Origin: Amoebidium appalachense
Taxonomy: Eukaryota; Protista; Ichthyosporea
Assembly: GCA_963693365.1 (NCBI GenBank)
Contig: CAVNZM010000005.1
Coordinates: forward strand, 7,200,710 to 7,264,709
Direction of reading: 5' to 3'
DNA: 64,000 nt
Part shown: one piece after another, positions 13,061-27,619 of the stretch
Position numbering within the stretch: position 1 is the first letter of the stretch
Layout of the letters: every line of letters begins with the position of its first letter
Translations under genes and position numbers: made by a program
Notes under the pieces: generated by a model
What the model was told of the DNA's origin: nothing
What the model saw: the letters and a program-made list of their open reading frames with translations, nothing else
Databases searched by the model: none

Positions 13061-13608
13061 AGTGGGAAAGGCCGGGGGTTAAAGTTGCAGCAGTAAGCAG
13101 AAGCAAGAAAAATATAGATAGGAACTCAGGAGACGGGGCTTCTAGGAAGCTCCCCCGTCGATACCTAAGTCGATATTTCCCTGGCTAACATACTACACCA
13201 GCTGAAAAGAATTAAGTCCCGAAGGCCGCAGAATTCGCAATCAGAGGGGAAAATATGAAATTTGACCCACGCCGCAGGGTAGTAACACGCTTACTAGGGC
13301 GGAACTTTATCGTCTTCGAACGGAAAGCTATGCCCCCGGATGTCAGCCGGAAATATGGTATCACCCATTGCTTTGGGCTTGAAAAAAGCCAAACCGATAG
13401 TCCGAGTTATGTTACGCCGGCGGGTAACATGCCGCATGGGTTCCAAGGGAGCTGTCGCCAACAGAGCGGTGTGTGCATGCGTGCGCAACGCAATGTGTGA
13501 AGTGTGTCTATAGCTATGAAAGGGGGTATGCAGAAGTGGACAGATGAAGTGTGTGGAGAGAAAAACAGTAAGAAGAAAAGTAGACACCGGTATGTGCAAC
13601 CCCGCACA

Positions 13609-13639
<31 letters not shown>

Positions 13640-13769
13640 CATAAATAAGCGAAGATTACAGGTAATCAACCAGAACAACAAATGACAAGCGGGGGGGGGG
13701 GGGGAGGTTATATGAGTAAAGAAGCCAAGATGCAAAGTACGACTAAGTGCCCCCTCCTCCCTCCCCCCC

Positions 13770-13800
<31 letters not shown>

Positions 13801-14110
13801 GGGGGGTAAAATAATATTACATAGAAGCAATCAAGCAACAAAGAAACAAGTAGCCAAGTCTGGGGGGAGGGGGGGGGAGGGGGGGGGGGATAATGCATAG
13901 AAGCAATCAAGCAAAAACGAAACGATTTGCTAAGTCCCAGAGGCGTGGGGGGGGGGGGGGGGGGGGGTTAAGTATAGAAATAAACAAGCAAAGAAGAAGC
14001 CAGTGGTTAAGTTCCCCTGCTGGGGGGAGGGGAGGGGGATGTAAAAAAAAAAGAAAAGCAAGGAATCAAAGGAATTATGAGCGTTAGTTATGAGCGTTTA
14101 TTTAACCCCT

Positions 14111-14145
<35 letters not shown>

Positions 14146-14520
14146 AAGTAAAGCAGCAAAGAAGAAAAGAAGGTACGAGTGAGTATGTCTGGGGGGTGGG
14201 GACCACAAAACAAACTGCAAACCGGAAACCGCAAACCGCAACCCTCCCCTCCCCCCCCCCCTCCCCCCCTCCATTCATTCAACCACCAAACCACTATAAC
14301 GAAACAAGCTGGAACCTCAACCCACCTTGCCGCCCCCCTTCAATCTCATGCTAACATGTTAAACTCAAAACCCAAAGAAAATGCCCCCTCCCCCTCCCCC
14401 CCATCCCTCCCCCCCCCCCCCCCAAAAAAAAACAAAAAAAAAAAAAAAACAGGAGTATTCTTCCCTAAAATTCCCATGCCTGTTGTGAGTGAGAACGCTG
14501 AACGATAGCTACGAGGGAAA

Positions 14521-14551
<31 letters not shown>

Positions 14552-14584
14552 GGGGGGGGGGGGGGGATGATTTCTTGTGTTACA

Positions 14585-14662
14585 GAGTACACAGTATACT
14601 TCGAACATCACATGAAAGACTGCAAAGAACGCATAAAGGAGTATGCATAATAAGCAGAGCCC
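14585..14662 (-). repeat. Structured dispersed repeat family, copy D (fragment)
   Basis: gagtatgcataataagcagagccc matches the family. Confidence 0.7.
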
Positions 14663-15060
14663 TGCCGGGGGGAGGGGGGAGTGGGGGGGGGGTTGCTACC
14701 TTCACTTCAGCTGCGTGCGCGGGTAAAATGAGTTGCCTCAAAACACAAAGAGTGCCACGAATTGTTGCAACTGGCAGGCGCAACCAGGCACCAGGCATGC
14801 ACGTGGTTTGTCTGTGCATAAGGGGTTGGGACGCATTTAGTATACAGCACACGTTGCATCCTTCATCGCCAGCCCCCCTTCCCCCCCCCCCCCCCCTTCC
14901 CCCCCTCTTTCCCCGGCCACTTTCCGGCAAATGTTAAGTCTATCGTGAAGCCCCCACGATCCCCTCTTCCCGACTGCCTCCAAAAAAAACCTCACCACCC
15001 CTGCTTCTTGGTCGTTTTGTTTGTGTGTGCATGTGTACGTGTTTGTGTGTGCATGTGTAC

Positions 15061-15871
<811 letters not shown>

Positions 15872-16064
15872 CGCAGGACACTACGCAGAAGCGAACCGAA
15901 GAATACTGAAGGTGAGATCGAGTAATGAGGGGAAGAAAGAAACTCGCCCTCTCACGTGTCGTCACAACCTGGACGTTGTTTTAAACAATGCTACGGACCG
16001 GGTACCGTGACTATGCAGTAACAGTAGCCTACCAGGCACTTTCAACAAAGGTAAACTGTACGTC

Positions 16065-16378
16065 CCCTCTCCACAGAGGGTAATGATTATAGCGATGGCG
16101 TGCGTAGCGCGTATATACGTATCCCTACAAAACACTGTGCCCCTCTGCGAATGCCATGTCGATGCCCCTGCAGAGGTGGGAAATAGGCTGTTTCCAGCGA
16201 GTTTTGCAACCCCGCAGAGGGGTTTGCAACCCTGCAACCCTCTGCGATTTGACGATCGGCCCTCGAGCTCTGCGATTCAACCGATTCCCCTCTGCTATCC
16301 GTGTGTATACCCTCTGGGATTAACCAAAATCGACCGATCCCAGAGGTACCCCTGCAGAGGGTTCCCTCTGCGATACGA
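16065..16378. mobile_element. Second member of the CCTCTGC-motif foldback/MITE-like family
   Basis: About 10 CCCTCTGC/GCAGAGG motifs. ggccctcgagctctgcgatt (~16258-16277) is nearly the reverse complement of aatcgcagagctcgagggggcc at ~5163. Confidence 0.5.
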
Positions 16379-16472
16379 TTCTCCCGGGGGGGCGGGCGGG
16401 CGGGCGGACGGGCGGGCGGGCGGGCGGGCGGGCGGGCGGGCGGGCGGGCGGGCGGGCGGGCGGGCGGGCGGG

Positions 16473-16534
<62 letters not shown>

Positions 16535-16559
16535 AGGAACTTCCAGACTCAGCCGTGTC

Positions 16560-16875
16560 AGACGCACACATTTTTCTACACTTTTTTTTATCGATCAATC
16601 ATGAAACAGTAATATATGACCAAAAACACAAATAACCTATAATCAATTAGCAGCACATGCACAGTTCACAATGTTACAAAGTTAGTACTATGATACACGA
16701 ATACATGTACTAAGCACTGTTCATGGATGCATGTTTACGGCTTCGAACGCAAAAGAACTATATGTACATGCTGGTGCAACATCTGGCAACATCGCATATA
16801 CTCTAGATATGTTGTCGAGGCACTCCTCTCGAACAAACACAACAAGCCATAATCGTCCTGAGAAAGAGCTTAACT
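16560..16875. repeat. Diverged dispersed repeat, copy 1 (paralog at 19176-19520)
   Basis: Collinear shared blocks: acgcacaca…tttttatcgatc, atgaccaaaaa, cacagttcacaa, tacggcttcgaa, gctggtg, acaagccataatcgtcct. Confidence 0.75.
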
Positions 16876-17337
16876 CCTTGACACATATGCTACATCGCCA
16901 ATCGTCATGGTTTCACAACTGCAACCGAACCCCCCCCCCCCCCCCCTCCCTCCCCTCTCCCCCCCCCCCCTCCCCCCCCCCCCCCCCCCCTTCCCCCGCG
17001 CCCCCCTCGCCATTAAGATCCTGACTCGGGCCCCCTGAAAAAATTTAAGATTCCGCCCCCCCCGACCACATTTTAAATTTGGGGGGGGGGTTCTTATTGG
17101 CGTACGATATCTGTACTCTAGTATGGCTTTTTGAAAGTGCTTAATTGTATATTGCTAATAAATATGCAACCAGGGTCCTGACGCATACACGTATGCATGT
17201 AACAGGTTCGTGCGCATGCATGCTGAGTTTGTTAGTAGTCGCAACTTATCTGCGATCTAATTGTACCACGGCTTCTTAAAAAAAGGGATAGAAGAAAAGA
17301 AGAAAAGGTCATATGAATGAGTGGGTAGAGACGGGGG

Positions 17338-17407
<70 letters not shown>

Positions 17408-17444
17408 TCCCGTTTTTTTTTTTTTTTTTTTTTTTTTTGGTTCT

Positions 17445-17490
<46 letters not shown>

Positions 17491-18961
17491 CTCTCCAGTT
17501 TTCTTCTCCTTTCGTTTTTCTTTTCTTTTCTTTTCTTTTTTTTTCCTTCTCCCGAGCAGGTGCACACACGCGAACAACTAACGCCTGTGTTCACCTGCAT
17601 CTGCCCGTGCCTCCACACACACTCTCACGCACTCACCCCCACAGACACATCTGTTAATACTGGGGGTGACTGATCATGGGTGCTTTGAAAATAGGGGCTA
17701 ATTATCTTAATTTTTAAGGGAACATAGCCTAAATGATTACTTGCGGTGGGTTGTGTCCGGGCGCGCACGGGGGTGGGGTGGGGGGGGGGGGGGGGGGGGG
17801 GGGGGAGGGGGGGGGGGGGGGGGGGCACTGCTGATCATTCTATTCTTAATCTTATAAAAGACTCTGAGCTCGAGGCCGACTATGCTAGCTAAAGGGCAGT
17901 CATGTCAAACGTACAAGACTTGCCAACACTGATCTTACACACAAGCAAAGTCCAATCAGTGGTGGTTCTGGCAGCTGGGGGCTATAGCTAATATTAGGTA
18001 GATGTCGAAATGAATTCTTGCTATCATGATATCCATCCATATATCCTTATCCAATTTGTTCCTCGTTGTGACACTCTCTTAGCTAGGTACCACACGGTTA
18101 TTAGAAAAACACTACTAAGTCACATACAAACCATGATGATGGCCTAACCTCAACGCTTGCACGTAAAAATAATCATAATAAATCTTGTAAATCTCTATCC
18201 AAGCGCCATCCGGCCTATGGAGCCCCCCCCCCCCCCCCCCCCCCTCCCCCCCCCTTCCGGGCACCCAACCCCTCCCCCCCCCCAACCAACAACAACAATT
18301 ATTAACAACAATGTGTATAGGCAGGCCCCAATTCAAATATAGACGTTGTTGTACTATAGACGCTGCCAAAAACACGGGTACATGTTCACCTGTGGCACAC
18401 ACACGCTCCCACATCATATGTTGCAACACTGCGAGCGCGGGAGACACGAGCCTTCTTGAAGTTCCCCTCACTCGTGATCACCCCTACTACGCGCAGCCTA
18501 ATATATTAGTACATAGTACCACACCCCACGTGACCCCACCCCACCTGCTCGTACCCGGCTCACCAGTGGGCCACCACCCACCACAGTTACTACAATTTCT
18601 CTAACAATTATAAGAGAAATCGAGCTGTCTTCTCAGGAAGATTCAATCAAATCAAGTAATGGGGGCTGGGTGCTTGCAAAGAAGAAGGCCCTCTCATGAG
18701 CTCAAAATTTGTGTCTGTGATTGGTTGCTTTGGGTGGGTGTGCAGTGCGAGGGTTGGCAGCGGACAGAGGCACGGAGAGGGGGAAGGGGGGAGAGGGGGG
18801 AGGGGAGGGGGGAGGAGGGGAGGGGGGATGGGGGGCAGTTGTTAGAGGAACTCGAGAATACTGTACTGTGCTTCTTGATCCAGTCTGTGGGCAGTGTGGT
18901 TTTTGACTTTTTTTCTTCTTCTTCTTCTTTTTTTTTTTTTTTTTTTTGGTGGTGGTGGTGG

Positions 18962-18992
<31 letters not shown>

Positions 18993-19104
18993 TGGAGGGG
19001 GGGGGGGGGGGGGGGGGGACAGTTGTTAGAGGCACTCGAGAATAGAGTACAGTGCTTATTGATCTAGTCTGTGGTTGGTTGTGGTTGTTGACCTTTTTTT
19101 TTTT

Positions 19105-19135
<31 letters not shown>

Positions 19136-19175
19136 GGGGGGAGGAGGGGGGGGAGGGGGGGGGGGAAGCTGGCGC

Positions 19176-19520
19176 CAAACGCACACAATCATTTTCTGCC
19201 CCCTTTTTATCGATCTCTTTGTTTAAGAAACACTCGATGACCAAAAATACCAATAAACTAGGCCGAAAATACCTATCACAGATCCGTGGCCTATCTAGAC
19301 ACTGATAATCGCACATATACACATGCATATTCACAGTTCACAAGTTGCCACGGTATTACTATAGTTAGTGATACATGTATACATGTATACATACGGCTTC
19401 GAATGCAACTCAATCTACATGTGCAGGCTGGTGACGCCGTCACACATTCTACATCTGTAGTCGACTATTTCCTCTTGCGACCGAACAAGCACAAGCCATA
19501 ATCGTCCTAGAGCTAAATTC
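19176..19520. repeat. Diverged dispersed repeat, copy 2
   Basis: Same collinear blocks as 16560-16875. Confidence 0.75.
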
Positions 19521-19940
19521 TGTAACATATATATCCTTATTGGCGAATTGCCGTAGCCCCCCAATTGCCCCCCCCCCCCCCCCCCCCCCCCCACACACAC
19601 ACACAATCTGTCAGGTAGACACATACTTTTCTCCTGCACTCCGTCCATTTCCCACGGGTGTGCTCTTGGCATCATTTGAAACGTGCATACACATCAAAAC
19701 CTTTTACCCACACAAACAGAGCAGACGGGCCACGGATAAGAATAAACCAAAGACGAGGGAAAAGGGAATGGCAAGGACAACTCATACAAACATCGACCTC
19801 TATGGTCAGTAGAAAAATGAATCACAGGACTTTAACGAAGAAAAAGCATGTTAAAATAAACCATTAGACATTACTCAGTATCCATAAATAATACGCATTG
19901 ACCGGAAAAGCAAACGAATGGGTAATCCCGGAGTGACGAC

Positions 19941-21265
19941 TCAGGCGGCACCCACATGCACGTGCTCAACAAGGTCCTGTGGTGTGTACGTGTATATGTA
20001 TTGGTCGTGTGCATGTACGTGTATATGTATTTGTCGTGTGCATGTACGTGTATATGTACCTGTCGTGTGCATGTACGTGTATATGTACTTGTCGTGTGCA
20101 TGTACGTGTATATGTACTTGTCGTGTGCATGTACGTGTATATGTACTTGTCGTGTGCATGTACGTGTATATGTACTTGTCGTGTGCATGTACGTGTATAT
20201 GTACTTGTCGTGTGCATGTACGTGTATATGTACTTGTCGTGTGCATGTACGTGTATATGTACTTGTCGTGTGCATGTACGTGTATACTGTATGTATTTGT
20301 CGTGTGCATGTACGTGTGTGCCTGTGTGCGTGTGTGTGCCCCAGCGCGTCATTGTGTAGGGGTGCCCACAGGTCGGTATGTCAGTAAAATATTGTTTTAT
20401 TCCTCCCCCCCCCCCCCCCTCCCCCCCCCAACCCCTCTTGCCTTTTTGAGGGAAGGAGTACTGTGTGTATGTAAGCCTGGAGTATTACAACACTTCGTGG
20501 TTAACGTTCCGAGGTGTGTGTGGTTCTTTTCCGTTTCAAATATGTGTGAAAAATGGGGGCGGTGGTGATGGTGGTTGTGGTGGTGGTGTTGGCGGCGATC
20601 AGGGGGAAAAAGAGGGGGGGGGGGGGGGGGGGGGAGGGGGGGGGCGAGGTGGGTGGAGGGGGATGGAGAAAAAGAAGGGCATTTGCAGTGCATTCCTTTC
20701 TGTTTTGGCTCATCCTCCACGAAACTAAAAGCCAACAGTAGTGGTTGTGGTGGTTGTGAAGCAGGGACGGACCGGGAGGGGGAGGGGGAGGGGGGGGGGA
20801 GGGGGGGGGGAGGGGGGAGGGGGGGGAAGGGGGAGGGGAGGGGAGAGGGGACTCGAGCACAAATGCAAGAGGAGGCACTGGCCCTTCCGGGGAGAACATT
20901 TGGGGAAGAGGGGAGGGCACACGGGAGTTTCACACAGGTGAGGGGGAGGAAGGGGGGGGGGGGGGGAGGGGGAGAGGGGGGGGGGAGAGGGGGGGGGGGA
21001 GAGGGGGAAGGGGGAGCAAGAAAGACGGTGCTTACCACTCGGACAGAAAATCAAAGCGGGGGGGGGGGGGGGGGGGGGGGGGGGGAGTGCCCCAACCTGC
21101 TCAATGGACTTCTTGCGGTCTTTCACCTCAGGGGGCAGGTCGGTATGAAGCATCTCGTCCCGGGCCTAAGAGTAAGAAAAAAGCTTTTAGATGCATGTTC
21201 CCTTATGTCTTTCCTGCTACTTTTTCTCCCATTTTTTTCCCCAGAAGTTTTTTGTTTGTGGTGGT

Positions 21266-21305
<40 letters not shown>

Positions 21306-22456
21306 GGGCCCGTATTATCATGCGCTATCGTTTGAAAAATTAGGCTGCACCAAGTTTTGGACAGGTGAAAAGTTGAAAAGGCGTAAATGTGGGACGGCAG
21401 GGGAGGCCAAAGACTCCAAAGGTTGGGACAAAGGGGTTGGGGTGTGTGTGTGTGTGTGTGTATGTGTGTGTGTGTGTGTATGTGTGTGTGTGTGTGTGCG
21501 TGTGTGCACGCGCGCGCGCGCGCGCGCACGTGCGTGCGTGTGCGTGTGCATGTGCGTGTGTGTGTGTGTGTGTTTTGTGTGTGGCGGGGGGGGGGGGGGG
21601 GGGGGGGGGGGCTAGTGCCGTTGCCTAAGGCATATTTCTACCTCCTTAAGACGGGCATAGACCCATGCATATGCAATAACTTGAAAAGGCACTACGAGGG
21701 GTCAGCGACGCACACACACAAATGCAAAACATGACATGCAGACACGGTCTATCTACTGGTCACAACCTACCACCCTTTTTGAACAACTACCACGGTGTTC
21801 CTACACCTAAATAACCACTTCCTCCCCAAACCTCACCCCCCCCCCCCCCTCCCTCCCCCTCCGGCCCACACACACACCCAACTTGTGTCTCTTTCCGCTC
21901 CTTTCCTCACTCTCTCTCTCCTCCTCCTCCCCTCCCCTTTCCTGCTCTCCTCCCCTTTCTCCCACCACATGCAGGCGCGCACATAAACGGAAACATACGT
22001 GCACGTACCATCTCCTCCATGCGATGTGTCTCCTTCAGTGACACCCTCCTGACCACCTCCTCCTGCACCTCATGCATCTTCTCTTCAAGAATGCGCCTGC
22101 AGGAAAAAAAATCTCACTGAGCATAGCAACCACAGGCAACTATCATACATGTTCATTGGCTGGACTTACACAGCTGCACTCAGAACACGCACGTTACATA
22201 AACCATCGCTCTATTTAATGACCCATCAACCCCTATCCCGTTCCCCTCAACCCACCTTCCCTTCAAACCCAGCCCCCTCCCCCTCTTCCCAAAACCCCAC
22301 CAAAAGAAAAAAATAAGATGACTTGGATGCACTGGCAGGGACGTGTACAGCCACACACGTCTACAGACACACACGGACACGTACACACCCACACCCACGT
22401 GCCCACGATCACTGACACACACACAACCACACATGCGCGCGCACACACACAGACAT

Positions 22457-22526
<70 letters not shown>

Positions 22527-22688
22527 TTCCTTCTCCTCGTCCTCCATCATGTCTGCCATGTGGGCGTTGACTTTGCGCAAAAGGTCCTCCTGCACGTGGG
22601 TCTTGACGTCCTCCTGTGTGTGTGTGTGTGTGTGTGCGTGTGTGCGTGTGTGCGTGTACGTGCGTGTGTGCGTGTGTGCGTGTGTGCG

Positions 22689-22756
<68 letters not shown>

Positions 22757-22987
22757 CGCGCGTGCATTTGTGCATATGTGTGTGTGTGTTGCGTGTGCAT
22801 GTGCGTGTGCGTGTGAGTGTGCGTGTGCGCGCGCGTGCATGTGAGCGTGTGTGCATGTGTGTGTGTGGTTTGTGTGTGTGTGTTTTGTGTGTGTTTGTGT
22901 GTGTGTGTGAGTGGGTGGGGGCCCGGGGGGGAGGGGAGGGGGGGGTAATTAGTCAACATATGATTGTAACAGTGGCCTGGGCACTGT

Positions 22988-23026
<39 letters not shown>

Positions 23027-23809
23027 CCCCTTCCGCCTCGCTCACCAGCTCACAAAATGTGACAGGCAGGGAAACACAAAGACCAACAGCCTTTGCACTT
23101 GAAGTAATTTGAAACCAATATTGGCTCCCAGCTTCCACATTCGATTTGTTTAAACCATAGACACACACACACCTGCATAAATCCACACCACATTCTACGC
23201 CACCAACATGTGCGGTACGATACCAGTTTCCCGACGAATCAACACCCGGGCTGTACAACATACACCAACTTAAGTCCACAACACACACCGCACACATAAA
23301 AAGGAAAAAAAGAGAAAAAAGAAGAAAAACAAAAACGGGAAACGCGGGACTGACACAAAAAAAGTTGTACCTTTACCCACCCTGACAGACATGCATCCAC
23401 TGCTGTGTACACACATGGGCAGCAACGATTCACACGTAAACAGCATCCGGATGCAGACACTATGATATGGGATAATGACATGTGATTTTTTTTTTATAGT
23501 AGGCAAATTGTTTTTCGCTGACATCCCATGATGCATTTACAAGTTTGTGCGTGTAATTGCTTGTGTCCTTTTTTTTTTTGGGGGGGGGGGGGGGGGGAGG
23601 TAGGGGGTGGGGGTGGGGGGGGGGGGGAGGGGGAGGAAGAGGGGAGGGGGGAGGGGGGAAGGCATTTTCCACCCACCTGCTCTGGTGTCATGGTGGTGTG
23701 GGTGATGGGGTTCTCTTCGTGCAGCTTGCGCTCTCTCTCCTTCTCGGCCTCGAGGTCAACAGCGTGACCCACGACCTTGTGCACCAGTTGCTGTGTGTGT
23801 GGGGTTTTT

Positions 23810-23840
<31 letters not shown>

Positions 23841-23900
23841 AGGGGAGGGGGGAGGGGGGAGGGGAGAGGAAAGGGGGGGGGGGGGGGTGGAGTGTGTGTG

Positions 23901-23955
<55 letters not shown>

Positions 23956-25193
23956 AGCCGGGGGGGGGGGGGGGGGGGTAAGAATGAGTGTGTGTTACAA
24001 TTTTCATTGCAAAGGACCTATCGGTTATTGATGGGCCGCGGGGAAGGAAGAGGGGGGGGGGGGGGGGGGGACCAACCAATAATGGTTATTTTCTTTTTGA
24101 AGAGGGGGGGAGGGGGGAGAGGAGGAGGGGAGTAACCAACAGATGGTGGCGGTGGCGATTTAGAGACGGGGTCCCGGGGGGAGGGGGGCGGGGGGAGAAG
24201 GGGGGGGGGGGGGGGGGGTGATGTATGTGTTAGGGAGGGTTGGAAAAATGGAGGAGACAACATAGAGCAACAACAAAACGTCACAAACGTGGGAAATCCA
24301 AAATCAAAGAATTAAGTGCAGGCAGAAGACAATTGAACAGAGCCCATCATCAGGGGGGTTCCTATGCCTCCACAACAGCATAGGTTTCGACTCTTTAGCC
24401 TCTCGCGCGTGGTTCCCAACCCATACTTTGTTTCAACAGCAATAGGCGAGTCCACCCGTCTTGGCCAAAGACGAGGGGAGGGGGGGGGGGGGGGGGGGAT
24501 TGGGGGGAGAAGACACGCGGGAAGGGAAGGAAGGAAGGGGAGGGGGGGTCGTCTGCCAAGAGCGCGGCTTGACGATGGCCGGGGGTTGGGAGGGTGGGGG
24601 GGGGGGGAAAGGGGCGGACTTGGGGAGAAGGCATGCGGGAAGGGAAGCAGGGGGGGGGGGGGGGGGGGGAGCCTGCCAAGAGCGCGGCTTGACGATGGGA
24701 AGGGGGGGGGGGGGGGGGGGGGGGGCGACGGTGAACTCACTACTTACATTCTACTGGTATTACGTGCTTTTCTTTTTTCCCCCAAGGGTTTTCGGTCGTG
24801 GAAGCTAGCTAAAGATTTTAGAATACTTTTACTAATAGGTGCAGGGCTTCTGAGGTTTGTAAAATTGGGGGCGGAGTGTGAGACACATGTGTACACCTCA
24901 ACATGAATGTATAACTCTGGCGCCAAGGGCACAGGTTGTGTGTGCTCAGGGGCACACGCGAGTGTGAGCAGGAGACGGGGATGATGGTAGAGTGACCAGG
25001 GGGAGAGACGGGGGGGAGGGGGGAGGGGGGGGGGGGGGGAAGAGATCTCTAGAGGGGGGGAGGAGGTTGGGGAGCTCGAGGGGGGGGAGGGGGGGAGGGG
25101 GGGGGGGGAGGGGGGAGGGGGGGAGGGGGGGAGGCAAACCTCCTGCATTGTCTCCTTGTGAACCATCACCTCAGCCTCCAGTGGCAGATCCAT
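19941..25193 (-). CDS. Small (~149 aa) charged, helical, hydrophilic protein of unknown function
   Basis: Six in-phase GT-AG exons: 25140-25193, 23677-23790, 22525-22613, 22009-22096, 21097-21165, 19941-19976. Translation [44 protein letters not shown]…[29 protein letters not shown]…[11 protein letters not shown]. Confidence 0.8.
19985..20316. repeat. 29-bp minisatellite (~11 units) in the last intron
   Basis: Unit gtcgtgtgcatgtacgtgtatatgtactt repeated head to tail with no unique spacers. Confidence 0.95.
24335..24475 (-). repeat. Structured dispersed repeat family, copy E (divergent subfamily)
   Basis: On the - strand: CTCGTCTTTGGCCAAGACGGG-TG-GACTC…GAGTC-GAAA-CCTATGC…GCATAGG-AACCCCC-CTGATGA-TGGGCTCTG. 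Confidence 0.8.
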
Positions 25194-26497
25194 TTTTCTT
25201 TGTTTTCTTTGTTTTGATGCGTCAAATTAGCAGTGTTTTGAAGTTCGACCGCAGCAACTTCCTTGTTTTCAGAAAGGCTAGCGCTGTGAGCTGGCTTTCG
25301 GAGTCGTTTTCTATTTTTGCCAACTGAGTTTTATAAAATGTGTTTTCAGAGTAATGGCGGAGAAAGATGTACCAATATACTCTCAAGTTTACTTCGCTTT
25401 TTTGTCTCTGCATTCGAGAAAGCAATTCTGTCACCTTCGCTGATGGGGAATGGGTTTTGTGCAGTCTTGTCCTGGGCTGGGTGAGCCGCTGAGCCACTCC
25501 GGCGATGTTAGTCTTTGCCTTTCGACAAAAATAGCCAATCAAAGTTTTAAACAATGTTTAAAAAAAACTAAACAATATTAAAAACATTTTTATTCGCGTA
25601 CATTCTTTTTGTGCAATTTACAATCACACCGTAGTCTAGCAGCTGATTCCGCCCTGAAATCGAGCATCCCCTCCGAGTTCCTGTCACCCTGTCACACAGC
25701 ACTGGCTGATGTGCCACGCAGCCTCTCATGTCAGGGCCAGCAGGCCACCGCTTGCATGTGATGCACTGCGCATGCATGCCCAGCGCGCACACAACAGTGT
25801 GTGCCAGCCCTCAGCGGGCTGCCCTGCTTGTGTGCCCATCGGAAGGAGAATTCCCCATTATATGCCAATGTATTCACCCGTAGTCACCCGAATCCAGGCA
25901 TGATCATCATCGATTTTGACACATTTTCACCCGGTACGCACGCGTGTCCACGCGTATTCACACATCTTCAATCATAGTCATTCTCATGCGTATGCATGTT
26001 TACCTATAACCACCCCTATATTCACCCGTCACGGTTTCGCCAACGTACATTTATTTTCATGTTTTCTTTGAACACGCAATGACGCTCCATGATATCCTTG
26101 GGCCACTCATGCTAGACTCCTGCTAAACATTCTATCAAACTAAACTTAGATTTGTTTTTGGTTTGAAAACACAATGGCCAGCCCGCAAAATGGAGAAATG
26201 GGATGAAAAGGCGAGAGTGAGCAGTGAGACGGGGGGATACAACCCCAGGCATGTGCTTTGCAGGGGCAGGGGGGGGGGGGGGGGGGGAGAGAGGTTGGGG
26301 AGAGGGAGGGGGAGTTGGAGGAGAAGGAAGGGGGAAAGTGGGCGGGGAGGATTATTAAAGGATAAGCACACTTGCACACAGGAAAAGGCATTTATGTTTT
26401 TCAGTTTGCCTGACCGGCAACCAAACAGCACACAGACAAAAGGGGATGCTGTATGGGACCTTGCGGCTTTTACCTCTACCTGCATTCACGGTAGGTC

Positions 26498-26538
<41 letters not shown>

Positions 26539-26551
26539 TGTGTGTACGTGT

Positions 26552-26609
<58 letters not shown>

Positions 26610-27619
26610 CTGTGTGTGTGTGTATGCGCGCTCGCGGCGTGCGTGCGTGCTTGAGTGCGCGTGTGTGTTCGTGTTTGCCTGCGTGCGCTTGTGGTGGTGG
26701 TGGTGGTGGTGGTGGTGGTTTGAGGGGGGGGGGGAGGGGGGGGACAAAAGGGATTGGGGAGGGTGTGGAAAGAATGGATGTGGGGGGAGGGGCGGAGCTT
26801 GAGGGGGGAAAGGAGGGGAGAGGAAGGACAAGGAGAAGGGAGGGGGTCAGGGGGAGAAAGCAACAAAGGAATGCACAAAAGATGACACATGAATTGAGAA
26901 TGGGGGTGGTGGCATGGAACCAAACGTTGGGATGGAGTGGAGGGGAGGTGAGGAGAGGGTGTTTGTTCATTTCTTTTCTTTTTACTCTTATTGTTGGTTA
27001 AGAGGGGAGGTGGGTTTGTCATTTGTGCTGGACTGTGGATGGTTGATAATTTCTGCAATGTTTTGTCCGTTGAAAATATGTACTTCGCAGTCTGTGACAC
27101 TTTCTAACACCCCCTCTCCCCCCCCTCCCCTCCCCCCCCCCCCCCCCCTCTCTTTCCCCCCTCCCCATCCCCCTGCCTCCCCTCCCCCCCCCCCCTCCCT
27201 CCCCCCCCCCCCCCCCCCCACCACCACCACACACACAAACACACACACACACATGCACAGGCACAATGATGCGTTCGACCCCTCATGTGCCGATGACGTC
27301 TACCAGTCTATGGATGAACCTCTCTGTCACTACTTTATTGCTTCTTCACACAACACGTAGGATATTGCCCCCCCCCCCCCCCCCCCCCCCCTCCCCTCCC
27401 GCCCTCCTCTCCTCATCCGCCTCTCCCCTTCCCCCCCCCCTCCCCCTCCCCCTTCCCTTCCGGGGCCCTTTGCTCCTCCCAACTCACCTGACTGTGCGAA
27501 TGTACACTTTGACACATACAAAACCACTAAAACAGACACACGCATACACACACATACCCACATATAAGCAAGTAAACAAGCACATAAACAAGCACATGCA
27601 CAAGCACATACAGAAGCAC

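Noticed and set aside
18385-18605. Two exon-like - strand segments (CSNCGG…/LRVVGVITSEGNFKK…)
   Set aside because: No start, end or family similarity that I can support.
18835-19075. Local ~55-bp duplication (gttagaggRactcgagaata…tctgtgg); similar pair at 24552/24673
   Set aside because: Ordinary short tandem duplications separated by homopolymer expansion.
19985-20316. 29-bp repeats as a CRISPR array
   Set aside because: Head-to-tail units with no unique spacers, eukaryotic intron context and no cas genes.
25222-25554. 110-aa ORF upstream of the small charged protein
   Set aside because: It lies in the probable promoter/5' UTR and has no recognisable motif.
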